Positions 10,321-19,044 of a stretch of 64,000 nucleotides of DNA are shown piece by piece (the stretch's first letter is position 1; each line of letters begins with the position of its first letter). This DNA is from Nitrosarchaeum sp. (GTDB lineage Archaea > Thermoproteota > Nitrososphaeria > Nitrososphaerales > Nitrosopumilaceae). Position numbers and translations under genes: made by a program. The notes under the pieces are model-generated. The model ran no database searches, was not told where the DNA came from, and was given only the letters and a program-made list of their open reading frames with translations. The stretch is taken from NCBI GenBank assembly GCA_046712755.1, contig JBKKCM010000059.1:9107-73106 (forward strand), given 5' to 3'.

Positions 10321-10773
10321 ATGAAAAAATTCTCAGAGTTCAAAGTAGGAGACGAATTTTTTTCCACATGCAGCATTTCAGAAAAAGAGCTTACAGAATA
10401 TATGAAATTCTCCAGAATAAAAAATGCATTTTTAGAAGATATACAAGATACAAAACAAAAACTAGTTTCAGGCAGAGCCATACTATCAAGAATGGAGGGC
10501 GAATTTACCAGACTGAGTCAGATTTATGGAAATCACATCATATTTGTCGGAACTGATGGGGATTCAGACTGGGGGAATAGAAGTGCCAGATTTCTAAAGC
10601 CATTGTACACAGATGAGGTATTGAAGATAAAATTCACCGTATCTGCAAAAGAAGACAATGATGAGGAGTTTGGGAAAATTGCAATAGATTATGAAGGGAC
10701 AAAACAAAACGGAGAGATAGTAGTTATAACAAAGAGAAACTGGTATCGAATTAAAAAAACAGTGTCTAGATAA
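10321..10773 (+). CDS. MaoC-like hot-dog fold protein (dehydratase family)
   Basis: FKVGDEF...ISEKEL; ARFLKPLYTDEVL pattern; 2 nt after the SDR stop. Confidence 0.65.
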   Translation: MKKFSEFKVGDEFFSTCSISEKELTEYMKFSRIKNAFLEDIQDTKQKLVSGRAILSRMEGEFTRLSQIYGNHIIFVGTDGDSDWGNRSARFLKPLYTDEVLKIKFTVSAKEDNDEEFGKIAIDYEGTKQNGEIVVITKRNWYRIKKTVSR

Positions 10774-10823
10774 TACTAGTGAAAACAAGAATTTTTTAAA
10801 TAATACAACATTAGAAATGCCAT

Positions 10824-11111
10824 ATGTATGAGAATATTACTAACAAAGCGCTAATCACACTAGCTGTTGAAAAGGCTCTTCTTGAAATTGGATTACCAGA
10901 GTTAGAGTTGGTCACATTTAGACTAAAACAAGACTATCAATGTGAAATTTCTGATTGCCTGAGATACCCCCAGTATCTTAAGATAATATTGTATGAACTA
11001 TTTGGGAATTCATACTCGGACATATTGCAATCAATACAGAAAACATTACAAAAAACTACCATGGAAAAACCTTTGATGTATTTTCTTACTGTTTTAGATG
11101 ATCATTCATGA
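10824..11111 (+). CDS. Small thaumarchaeal output-domain-like (NitrOD-type) protein
   Basis: AVEKALLEIG...PQYLKIILYELFGNSYSDI; paralog of 11942..12223. Confidence 0.65.
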   Translation: MYENITNKALITLAVEKALLEIGLPELELVTFRLKQDYQCEISDCLRYPQYLKIILYELFGNSYSDILQSIQKTLQKTTMEKPLMYFLTVLDDHS

Positions 11112-11908
11112 AGACACGTTTTGATGCACTGGAAAACAAAAACTATCTGTTTCTTGCATTAACTGGAGTAGTAATAATATTTCTTGTTGGAAACATAGCT
11201 AATCAAGAAGAATTTCCTATCTCTGAAAATATGTACATGACAGACTTGCTTTTCATGATAATTCCAGTCATTGTTATTGCATTTGGGTTGATGCTTGTAT
11301 TCAGATACAGATTACGTGGAAATCATGGCATATCCTGGGTCTTATTCACGCTAGCCATTGCTAGTTGGTATGTAGGAGATATGACCTACAAGTATGATTA
11401 CAGATATGATCTTGAAGACCTTTCAACATTAACAAGTGATTTTTTTTACATTATTGGATATCCCCTCTTCTTTGGATTTACAGTATTTTATCTCAAGCCT
11501 AGAAAACAAATCATTTCAAAAAAGATGATTTTGGCATCATCGCTTGTTTCAATCTTGTTTATTATTCCGACTCTTTATTTCACATTTAATGAAGAATATC
11601 AACTGGATAAACTAACGATATTTCTTTATGCAATTTATCCAATATTGGATGGAGTTATTCTAATTCCTTCAATTATTGCCACGTTTCTTTTCTTTAGAGG
11701 ACAAGTTAATCTGCTTTGGTCATTAATTCTAATTGCGACAATACTTTTCATAATAGCAGATACGTCATATCTTGTCTTTTCAATAGAAGAAACTTACTAT
11801 CCGGGGCATCCTGTGGATATACTGTATGTCTGGTCATACATCCTCTATGCATTTGGAGCATTAAGTCACATCAGACTATACAAAAAAAGAAAATCAGAAT
11901 TGGATTAA
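11108..11908 (+). CDS. Multi-TM membrane protein, stand-alone sensor-like domain
   Basis: About 7-8 hydrophobic helices; DFFYIIGYP and YPILDGVIL motifs; no kinase domain. Confidence 0.6.
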   Translation: MKTRFDALENKNYLFLALTGVVIIFLVGNIANQEEFPISENMYMTDLLFMIIPVIVIAFGLMLVFRYRLRGNHGISWVLFTLAIASWYVGDMTYKYDYRYDLEDLSTLTSDFFYIIGYPLFFGFTVFYLKPRKQIISKKMILASSLVSILFIIPTLYFTFNEEYQLDKLTIFLYAIYPILDGVILIPSIIATFLFFRGQVNLLWSLILIATILFIIADTSYLVFSIEETYYPGHPVDILYVWSYILYAFGALSHIRLYKKRKSELD

Positions 11909-11941
11909 AATGATTAACACTTTGAATTATCAGATAAGGAT

Positions 11942-12223
11942 TTAATTTTCTATAATTTGAATAAATTTTTGTATTGGTTCTTCATTGATTGATTTATCAA
12001 AAACTCTACGCATTGTATATACAATATCAGAATATGAATTTCCAAACAGATCATACAATACTGTTTTGAGATATTCAGGATGATCAAAAACATCTTCGAG
12101 GGTTATTCCAAAATTTTCTTTTAATTTTGTTTTAACCTTATCTAGCTCTGGAGGTCCCATGTCAAGAAGCGCATGCTCTACTGCAACTTGAACTAGTTCT
12201 CGATATTCTTGCTGATCATGCAT
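11942..12223 (-). CDS. Small thaumarchaeal output-domain-like (NitrOD-type) protein
   Basis: AVEHALLDMG...PEYLKTVLYDLFGNSYSDI. Confidence 0.65.
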   Translation of the reverse strand: MHDQQEYRELVQVAVEHALLDMGPPELDKVKTKLKENFGITLEDVFDHPEYLKTVLYDLFGNSYSDIVYTMRRVFDKSINEEPIQKFIQIIEN

Positions 12224-12330
12224 GATACAACATATGGTTGTGTTAACGGATAAAGTTTATGTCATGATGTATAGTGGCAATCGAATAATTTTGTAGTAAT
12301 GATTTAATGCATTAATCAGAGTAATAAGGT

Positions 12331-12420
12331 ATGAATCTTGATTGCGACTGCACTGTCAATGATTATGGGGAATTACTCCAAGAATGTGACGGACACAAAG
12401 AAGCTAATTTTATGAAATAG
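12331..12420 (+). CDS. Putative 29-aa Cys/His microprotein
   Basis: Manual translation MNLDCDCTVNDYGELLQECDGHKEANFMK*; AAGGT upstream. Confidence 0.35.
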   Translation: MNLDCDCTVNDYGELLQECDGHKEANFMK

Positions 12421-12620
12421 GATTTTCTATTTTTGATTTTATGATGCCTCTTCAAAAGCAGAGGCAAATGAAATGTGCTAACTAGTTTATGTGAGCTATT
12501 TGGCTTCCAGCTAACACCGCGAGATGTCCCTGACTCAATGAGGGCTCAATGCAAAACACAGTAATAAAAAACAGAGATAAAAAAAAGTCACCGATTGGTA
12601 AACACTATTTACAATATGCT

Positions 12621-13391
12621 TTATCCACCAATTAACAGATTCTCAGATATAGAATCAAAAAACAATTTAATTGCAGCTATAATCATTATTGCTGAAACTA
12701 GAATTTGCAGAGATCTTTCTTTTATATCCAAAGAGATACGTGCACCGATTATTCCTCCAACAAAAGCACCTGCAGATAGCAAACCTGCATGGAGAAAATC
12801 AGGATGACCAAGCATACTATGAGTAATGATTCCAGATAAAGAGGCAAAGAGCAAAATGAATTGGGATGTAGGTGCTGCCTTTTTCATAGTCATTCCAATT
12901 CCGACTACAATTAATGGCACAAAGATAATTCCGCCCCCTATTCCAAAAAACGACGAGATTATTCCAGCAAAAAAGCTTGCAGATATGACAAGGACAATCA
13001 TCTGATTTGTGAGGTGTTTTTCTTTAGTCTCAATTTTTTTTCTCAAAAAAATATAGACTGCAGATGATACAAGTACCAGTCCAAATAATATCTTGAATGT
13101 TCCAGGAGTTACATCACTGGAGAGATACGCTCCCAAGACAGTTCCAGGGATGCTTAACAGTCCAAGCTTTAATCCTAGGGAATAATCGATTCTTTTTTGA
13201 CGTGAATATGAAACTGTAGAGCCAACTGCATTACTAAAAGATACAAAAAGACTGTTACTTGCAGCTAACGTTGGCGGAAAACCAAAAAATGTCAAGACAG
13301 GTACAACAATTATTCCTCCACCAAGACCTATCATGGAGCCTAGTATTCCAGCTGCTAGTCCCAATGGGATTAACCATAATTGTTCAATCAT
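12621..13391 (-). CDS. TauE/SafE (TSUP) family permease
   Basis: Two G(L/I)GGG motifs, 8 TM helices. Confidence 0.9.
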   Translation of the reverse strand: MIEQLWLIPLGLAAGILGSMIGLGGGIIVVPVLTFFGFPPTLAASNSLFVSFSNAVGSTVSYSRQKRIDYSLGLKLGLLSIPGTVLGAYLSSDVTPGTFKILFGLVLVSSAVYIFLRKKIETKEKHLTNQMIVLVISASFFAGIISSFFGIGGGIIFVPLIVVGIGMTMKKAAPTSQFILLFASLSGIITHSMLGHPDFLHAGLLSAGAFVGGIIGARISLDIKERSLQILVSAIMIIAAIKLFFDSISENLLIGG

Positions 13392-13431
13392 GATACACTC
13401 CAGTCATACACATTGTGTGCATATATTGAAT

Positions 13432-14178
13432 TTAGTTTGATATTATGAATTTCCAAAGATATCCTTCGGTGTTTGTGGTGACTTCTAAGAGTAGTTGTTT
13501 TTGGGCAAGGCCTGTAATCTTGGAGCTGCTGGTGGTACCCGTTGCCTCCAAGTGATGAGACTTTGCAGTATCAACCCAAGTAGAGACTGACTCTAGATTG
13601 CCGGGTCTTTGATCCTGCCAACAATCACACACAAGGGATTCTACCATGACTTTATAGATTGTCTTGATATCATTCAGATTAGACATGTATGGATCTGTTT
13701 GGATTACCCCCAATACGGCATTAGGAGAAGCCAGACTGCCAACCATGTGGATATTTCCAAGAAACTTACCGTCTGAATCTTTTAGTTCTGTTGAGGTACA
13801 ATATTCAATTGAATTTTGTTTTTCACTATCGCCATAGAATATGCAGTATTTTGCAATAGCGCCCCCTGAGATTTTTAATGCACTAGACATGGAGACTCCT
13901 TTTGAGGCAAGCGAGGATTTCATAAGAGAGTTTGAATCAACATATGAAAAGTCAATTGGTGTGATTGGAATTGTAACTGCAGTGTTGTTAGTTGGAATTG
14001 CAGTTTCATTAATTGGAATTGGATCATCTCTAATTGGAATTGGTTCAGTTACTGGTTTTTCATTTATTGGTTTTTCAGTTACTGTGATTGGTTTTTGATT
14101 AATAGGAACCAGTATTGTCATGAGAATTATTGTAATAGCAATTCCAAAAATAACAGGTATGAGAATTCTCTTGTTCAT
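13432..14178 (-). CDS. Membrane-anchored hypothetical protein with Pro/Thr-rich linker
   Basis: N-terminal TM, KPITVTEKPINEKPVTEP low-complexity linker, Cys-containing C domain. Confidence 0.65.
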   Translation of the reverse strand: MNKRILIPVIFGIAITIILMTILVPINQKPITVTEKPINEKPVTEPIPIRDDPIPINETAIPTNNTAVTIPITPIDFSYVDSNSLMKSSLASKGVSMSSALKISGGAIAKYCIFYGDSEKQNSIEYCTSTELKDSDGKFLGNIHMVGSLASPNAVLGVIQTDPYMSNLNDIKTIYKVMVESLVCDCWQDQRPGNLESVSTWVDTAKSHHLEATGTTSSSKITGLAQKQLLLEVTTNTEGYLWKFIISN

Positions 14179-14220
14179 TTTATTGGTTGAATTATTATTA
14201 TAACATAAGGTTTTGCAATT

Positions 14221-14712
14221 CTAAATGGAAATTATATTGAGCTTTGAATCTTTTGTAATGTTGAATTTATCTACAAATCCAGAAGTCACTTCTAAAATGT
14301 ACAGTGCCTCACCATCAGGGGTAATGCTTTGGCAGACCATAGTTTCAAGTGCAGTCTTGCATGGTGGAATATCTTTTTCGATGTGGATGATGTTGCCGTC
14401 TTTATCAAACCAGATCATATCTAGTGGAAACTGCATGTTTAGCATCCAAAGCGAGTAAATTCCTGCTTTGTCAAAGACAAAGATCATACCTTGATTATAT
14501 GGGAGCTGATCCTGAAACATCAGACCCCGTATACGTCTTGGCTCAGTATCGGCAACTTGAACCTCCAATGGGATATCATCTATTTTGATAGTGCCTCTGG
14601 GAAATTCTACTGACTCTAGCTTACTGTCACTAGGAATTGATATTATTCCTACTATTCCGATAATTGCAGCAGCTATTGCCACAGGTATTAGAATCTGAGT
14701 TCTAGTTGCCAT
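14221..14712 (-). CDS. DUF192 family protein
   Basis: VADT...GLMF...GMIFVF...WMLNMQFPLDMIW. Confidence 0.88.
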   Translation of the reverse strand: MATRTQILIPVAIAAAIIGIVGIISIPSDSKLESVEFPRGTIKIDDIPLEVQVADTEPRRIRGLMFQDQLPYNQGMIFVFDKAGIYSLWMLNMQFPLDMIWFDKDGNIIHIEKDIPPCKTALETMVCQSITPDGEALYILEVTSGFVDKFNITKDSKLNIISI

Positions 14713-15173
14713 GAAAAGAGTGATTTTTTCCTTTTAAAATAATCTATGTATTGTATTACAAAACAGCATTAGAGAATTTTGAGGGTTTTTCTTGTCCATT
14801 TGAAAAAAGATATGTCTTAGCCGGAGTGTGCTCATGGCAAGACTAAGACTCTATGGAAGAAGGGTTACCGATGAGCAAATTACCACGGAGATATACAATC
14901 TAACTCATGGTATGGGTGGAAGACCATACCAAATGACAGCTAGAGAGACCAGAATTTCTTTGGAATTTCTTTTTTGATTTCGTCTTATTTTAGCCATTAT
15001 TTTTTTAATTTTATTGTTCATTTAATTTTAAATTTTCTTAGTTATTTTTTTCATAATTGGTTTTCGTATCTTCTGTTGTTTTTTTGATTTAAGCAAAGAT
15101 GTAAATTTAGATAGTTTTTGAGTTATTTCATATAATTCAGCTAGTTTTGATTTGCATGATTGAGAGCAAAATT

Positions 15174-15422
15174 CTATTGGGTCTTCAATTTCTTGTAAAC
15201 AGTAGATACAATGATAAACTTTGTTTGTACTTTTTCCTTTGATTCTGATTTTGTACTCTTTGGACAGTATGCATCATATCCCAAATCTCCGCAGACATAG
15301 CTTCCAGAATCAGATGGGCAGCTATACCATCTATGACAGCCGGATTGGTGAGCATAACTTGGAGTTAATGGAATTACACCTATAGATAGGGTCAAAATCA
15401 AAACAAGTGCGATTATTTTCAA
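15174..15422 (-). CDS. Secreted Cys/His-rich (YHYH-like) small protein, possibly a remnant
   Basis: Signal peptide followed by AHQSGCHRWYSCPSDSGSYVCGD. Confidence 0.5.
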   Translation of the reverse strand: MKIIALVLILTLSIGVIPLTPSYAHQSGCHRWYSCPSDSGSYVCGDLGYDAYCPKSTKSESKEKVQTKFIIVSTVYKKLKTQ

Positions 15423-15488
15423 TTAAAGATTAGATGTATAGATTACAGATAAGGTTAGTGTCGTGTTTAGAAAACAAAAGTTTAGAAT

Positions 15489-15764
15489 CTAATTATTCAA
15501 GTTAGAGATGACTCTTTCAAGATCTTGTTTTTCATATCGCAGGCTCTTTGCAGTTATACCTTCTTGTAGAGTCAGCGAGAATTTCTGCAACATTGATTTG
15601 TCTTCTTTGGAAATTTCAGATGTTAGAATAATTCCATTTAGAGTTTTAGACTGTCGAGACAGTGTTTTGATGTCTATATTGTCTATGTTTTTTGCCAAAG
15701 AAATCTGTGTGGTCAATTCACTTCCAATCTTATCTAAAATTTCAGTTAGGGGATTAAGGGACAT
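15489..15764 (-). CDS. Hypothetical protein
   Basis: 91-aa helical ORF. Confidence 0.5.
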   Translation of the reverse strand: MSLNPLTEILDKIGSELTTQISLAKNIDNIDIKTLSRQSKTLNGIILTSEISKEDKSMLQKFSLTLQEGITAKSLRYEKQDLERVISNLNN

Positions 15765-15841
15765 ACAATACTAGTTACTTGCGGGTTAATTAAGCTAGAA
15801 AACCCGAAAGTAGAGGCGTTTTCAGATATTTTCGTTTAAGG

Positions 15842-16147
15842 TTATCGTCCTTTTTGACTAAATCCAGGAATGATTTTAAAGTTAGATGCAGAAGATGTTT
15901 GAAATTTTTTACCTGCTTTTTCCTTTTTTGATTCAGTGTTTGCGTTCCCTTCAATTTTGAAAATCTTTTCTACGTGTGGTTTGACTTTATCATCCGTGTA
16001 AATGATGTTTGTTGGAGAAGTTTTTCTCTCTGCTTTTTTCTTTTTTGGTTTTTCAGTATCTGCCGGGTTTTTTTGTGTCCATTTGATGTTGCCTGCGCCT
16101 GACAAAGAAGATTGCTCAAGCATATAATCACCTAATGATTTTCCCAT
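15842..16147 (-). CDS. Lys-rich hypothetical protein
   Basis: 101-aa ORF with GGAGG upstream of the ATG. Confidence 0.55.
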   Translation of the reverse strand: MGKSLGDYMLEQSSLSGAGNIKWTQKNPADTEKPKKKKAERKTSPTNIIYTDDKVKPHVEKIFKIEGNANTESKKEKAGKKFQTSSASNFKIIPGFSQKGR

Positions 16148-16191
16148 ACTCCTCCATTCCGACTAGGAAGATAAGCGTATGGATCTAGAAC

Positions 16192-16713
16192 CTATTTCAA
16201 ATCTTTTTTCATTTTATCAAATTCTTCTTTGGTAATTTCACCTTTGGCATATCTTTCTTTTAGAATATCAAGTGGTGAATCTTTTTTTGGTTCTGTAGAT
16301 GTCTGCGGAGATTGGTAAGATGGCTGAGATATCCCATCAAAGTACGCAATAACATGTGGGCGCCACATATACCACAATACAACGACATCAAGTATTATGC
16401 TCAATATTGAAAATGGATTTCCTACTATCGATACTAGACCTATAATTAAGCTGATGATAGAAAGTACAATGACAATAATTCTCCCCCAGTGTTTGCCAGA
16501 AAACAGCGCACCTGCAATCACAAATTCAATTACTGCAAGTATACCAAATATTATCAAAAATATACCGCCAAGCGCAGCAGAAAACATACCAAAGTAACCC
16601 ATGCCGCCGCTTACACCAAGCAGTGCAGCCCCCATTGCGGCCATAACCAATGATGCTACTCCACCAATCAGGTGTAAAATTCCAAGAATGGTGATTCCCA
16701 GTGGCCTAGACAA
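16192..16713 (-). CDS. Membrane protein with C-terminal SHOCT domain
   Basis: RPLGITIL plus 4 TMs; LDILKERYAKGEITKEEFDKMKKDL. Confidence 0.85.
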   Translation of the reverse strand: MSRPLGITILGILHLIGGVASLVMAAMGAALLGVSGGMGYFGMFSAALGGIFLIIFGILAVIEFVIAGALFSGKHWGRIIVIVLSIISLIIGLVSIVGNPFSILSIILDVVVLWYMWRPHVIAYFDGISQPSYQSPQTSTEPKKDSPLDILKERYAKGEITKEEFDKMKKDLK

Positions 16714-16868
16714 TCAGTAATGATGTTTCCACAAGTAGTTAAATAGTTTACACGCGGAAAAGGGAATTTTAGATCATTCAATGATACAATCCAAAGTCAA
16801 AATAATGAAATTATGTTTTTTATCAATTATCTAAATTTTGTAATAACTTGAGGATTTAGGAAAACAAA

Positions 16869-16937
16869 CTATTTTTTCGATTTAGCATTATCACTTGTCT
16901 TTGTTCTCTTTTTTGCCTTGTTTGATGTTTTACTCAT
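16869..16937 (-). CDS. Putative 22-aa basic microprotein
   Basis: MSKTSNKAKKRTKTSDNAKSKK*, lying between two repeat copies. Confidence 0.35.
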   Translation of the reverse strand: MSKTSNKAKKRTKTSDNAKSKK

Positions 16938-17218
16938 ACCAACTTCTAAATCTTGTATTAACTTAAGTATTTAGGAAAACAAAAAGAGTGTTTTTTAAGA
17001 AAAAAGGTAGACTAGTTCAATAAATTAGCTTTTTTATGCTATCACATTCTTGAACTAAATTTCCATACTCATCGATGAAACAGTTACAGTTAACGGCAGT
17101 CATGCATTAATCCATTAATTATTACATTAATTATTACATTAAACAATTGCTTACATTCATGTCATGTTTCCATACATATTTGTCAACATACCACATTTGT
17201 TAGTATATCGACAAGTTA

Positions 17219-17542
17219 CTAGTCTGAAATAATCGATGCAAATAGTTTACCTTTCTCAGTCAAATCAATTTTGATTGTGGAATCTTTAATCTTTGATTCA
17301 ACAAGACCTTTTTTCTCTAGCCAAACAATGTGCTTTGCAAGTCTGGCATAATTTAGATTGGCATCAAATGATAAAGTGGACTTTGACTCTGGACCATGAT
17401 CTATGATAGTTTTAAGTATACGCGATAAAGTTTTTGTACGGGGCTCAAAGGTAGGGTCTAATTTTTTCTTTTTAACAATTTTGGCAATTTTAGGACCTAG
17501 TTTCTTTTTAGGAGTGGTGTGGATTTTTGATTTTATTGCCAT
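17219..17542 (-). CDS. Winged-helix DNA-binding protein (thaumarchaeal HTH family)
   Basis: SKSTLSFDANLNYARLAKHIVWLEKKGLV...LTEKG; basic N-terminal tail. Confidence 0.8.
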   Translation of the reverse strand: MAIKSKIHTTPKKKLGPKIAKIVKKKKLDPTFEPRTKTLSRILKTIIDHGPESKSTLSFDANLNYARLAKHIVWLEKKGLVESKIKDSTIKIDLTEKGKLFASIISD

Positions 17543-17667
17543 ACTGTCTATATGTCCGGGACATAATATTTACATATATTGTGATTATTATAAACGATAA
17601 TCGTAGATTCAAAGCATATTATTCTATACGTTATTTATTTTTCTAATTTTTGTATTAACCTAAGGAT

Positions 17668-18115
17668 TTAGGAAACCAGTCTTTTCATATTATAGAATTT
17701 TGATTCTTCAACATCCAAACTTTTTTGCCCATCATCTATTATTGCATCAGAGCCTATAGGACAGATCTTTTCAACATACTCTTTTGCCTTTATTCCATCA
17801 AGATTACCAATTTCTGGGCAGATACCAGTGCAAATCTAACAGATTGTCCATTACATTTATTGTATCACCATCAATAATTTTTGTGACTTTTCCCTTGAGA
17901 CATCTAGCAACGCCAGAACAATCCAGAACAGGCAATTCATGTATTGGTTCTGTTTTTGCATCAAGCTTTAGAGGGTCTTTTATAATTTCAGATATTTCAG
18001 AAACCGGTATCTGTATTGTAACTTTTTCTGTGTTTTGTGATGATTCAAAATATAAAAAAACTGCCACAACTCCAAGAATTATCATAATTACAATTCCTAT
18101 AATTACAAAATTCAA
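17668..18115 (-). pseudogene. Thermonuclease (SNase-like) pseudogene
   Basis: CSGVARC.KGKVTKIIDGDT, then two 1-nt deletions (frames resume GQSVRFALVSA and EIGNLDGIKAKEYVEKICPIGS), then truncation after DDGQ. Confidence 0.8.
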
Positions 18116-18207
18116 TGTATTTTATGTATATTCTATAAACTTAAGATATTGTATGTTCTAGTCAAACAACTTGTGACATTTAACCGTAGGAATCCTCATT
18201 GGAATCT

Positions 18208-18465
18208 TCAATCGAGGATTGATTGAAGCTTTTCTATGACGATATTATGGATTATAATTTCCATTGGAACTGATGATGTGGTTACTATTTTTTGATTATC
18301 TTTAATTGCTTTGTGTAATCGTTCTCGAATTTCTTGATCTTGTAAGATTTGCTGTCTCAATGCAAATGCGTCTTTTTGGTTTTTGACATAAATTTGGAGC
18401 CAATAATAACCTGTTTGACTATCGTCTATTCTTATTTCAGTTATCTTCATAGCATTATTTCTCAA
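18208..18465 (-). CDS. Hypothetical protein, possibly of mobile-element origin
   Basis: 85-aa orphan with LRQQILQDQEIRERL coiled segment. Confidence 0.5.
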   Translation of the reverse strand: MRNNAMKITEIRIDDSQTGYYWLQIYVKNQKDAFALRQQILQDQEIRERLHKAIKDNQKIVTTSSVPMEIIIHNIVIEKLQSILD

Positions 18466-18524
18466 ATTACTATTTTAACTATAGTTTGCTAAATCAAAAT
18501 ACCTCGAGCAATACCACATGAGGA

Positions 18525-18638
18525 CTATTCTGTTTTGAATTTCAAATTACAAGTAGGACAAAACCAAGAAACTGCTTCGCCTTGCTCTCTAAACATTATC
18601 CCAAAACATTTAGGACACTGCCCAATTTCCTCGCTCAC
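18525..18638 (-). CDS. Zinc-ribbon microprotein (37 aa, GTG start)
   Basis: MSEEIGQCPKCFGIMFREQGEAVSWFCPTCNLKFKTE*; CPxC-x15-CPxC. Confidence 0.6.
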   Translation of the reverse strand: MSEEIGQCPKCFGIMFREQGEAVSWFCPTCNLKFKTE

Positions 18639-19044
18639 AAATTTTCTAAATTTAGTGCAAACATAAGTATTTCAAAAAAGAACAGACCCAAAAAAAGTGT
18701 ACAACGAGGAAACAATGGAAATTCAAAACGAATTTTGAGTGCTTCCACCCTTTTCGTCTTTTTTCCTTACTGTCCTCCAGCTATGACAGTTCCTCGTCAG
18801 ATATCATACCACTAAATGATATTAAAGTGATTTGGCATAAATCCATTATATTTGTCAAGAAAAAGATGAGATTTTCAAATAAATGTAAATATAACACTTG
18901 ATAGTAAATATTTATAATTTTTCATATAAAATATATCAAAATTTATAATAAACAAAGATCAAGATCATAAATTTTCATATTAATTCTTAAATAGTTGAAC
19001 TTCTTATACCATACATGTCGATAAGTGTTTCGACTGAATAAACT

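Larger units (their letters stand above)
16830..17680. repeat. Three direct copies of a 39-bp imperfect dyad (16830-16868, 16945-16983, 17642-17680)
   Basis: Consensus TCTAAwTyTTGTAwTAACyTrAGkATTTAGGAAAmCA; 35/39, 32/39 and 32/39 pairwise identity. Confidence 0.85.

Noticed and set aside
14820-14850. tRNA gene or att remnant (GCCGGAGTG...)
   Set aside because: There is no cloverleaf, T-loop or CCA end. I found no tRNA anywhere in the window by eye.
15776-15812. Hairpin TACTT-g-CGGGTT/AACCCG-a-AAGTA
   Set aside because: It is a single intergenic stem between co-oriented genes, most simply a terminator or processing signal.
17106-17140. Short tandem repeat CATTAATTATTA x2.5
   Set aside because: A simple AT-rich slippage duplication with no further structure.
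16830-17680. dif site
   Set aside because: The arms do not match the archaeal dif consensus I know (Thermococcales type), and three local copies are not expected.
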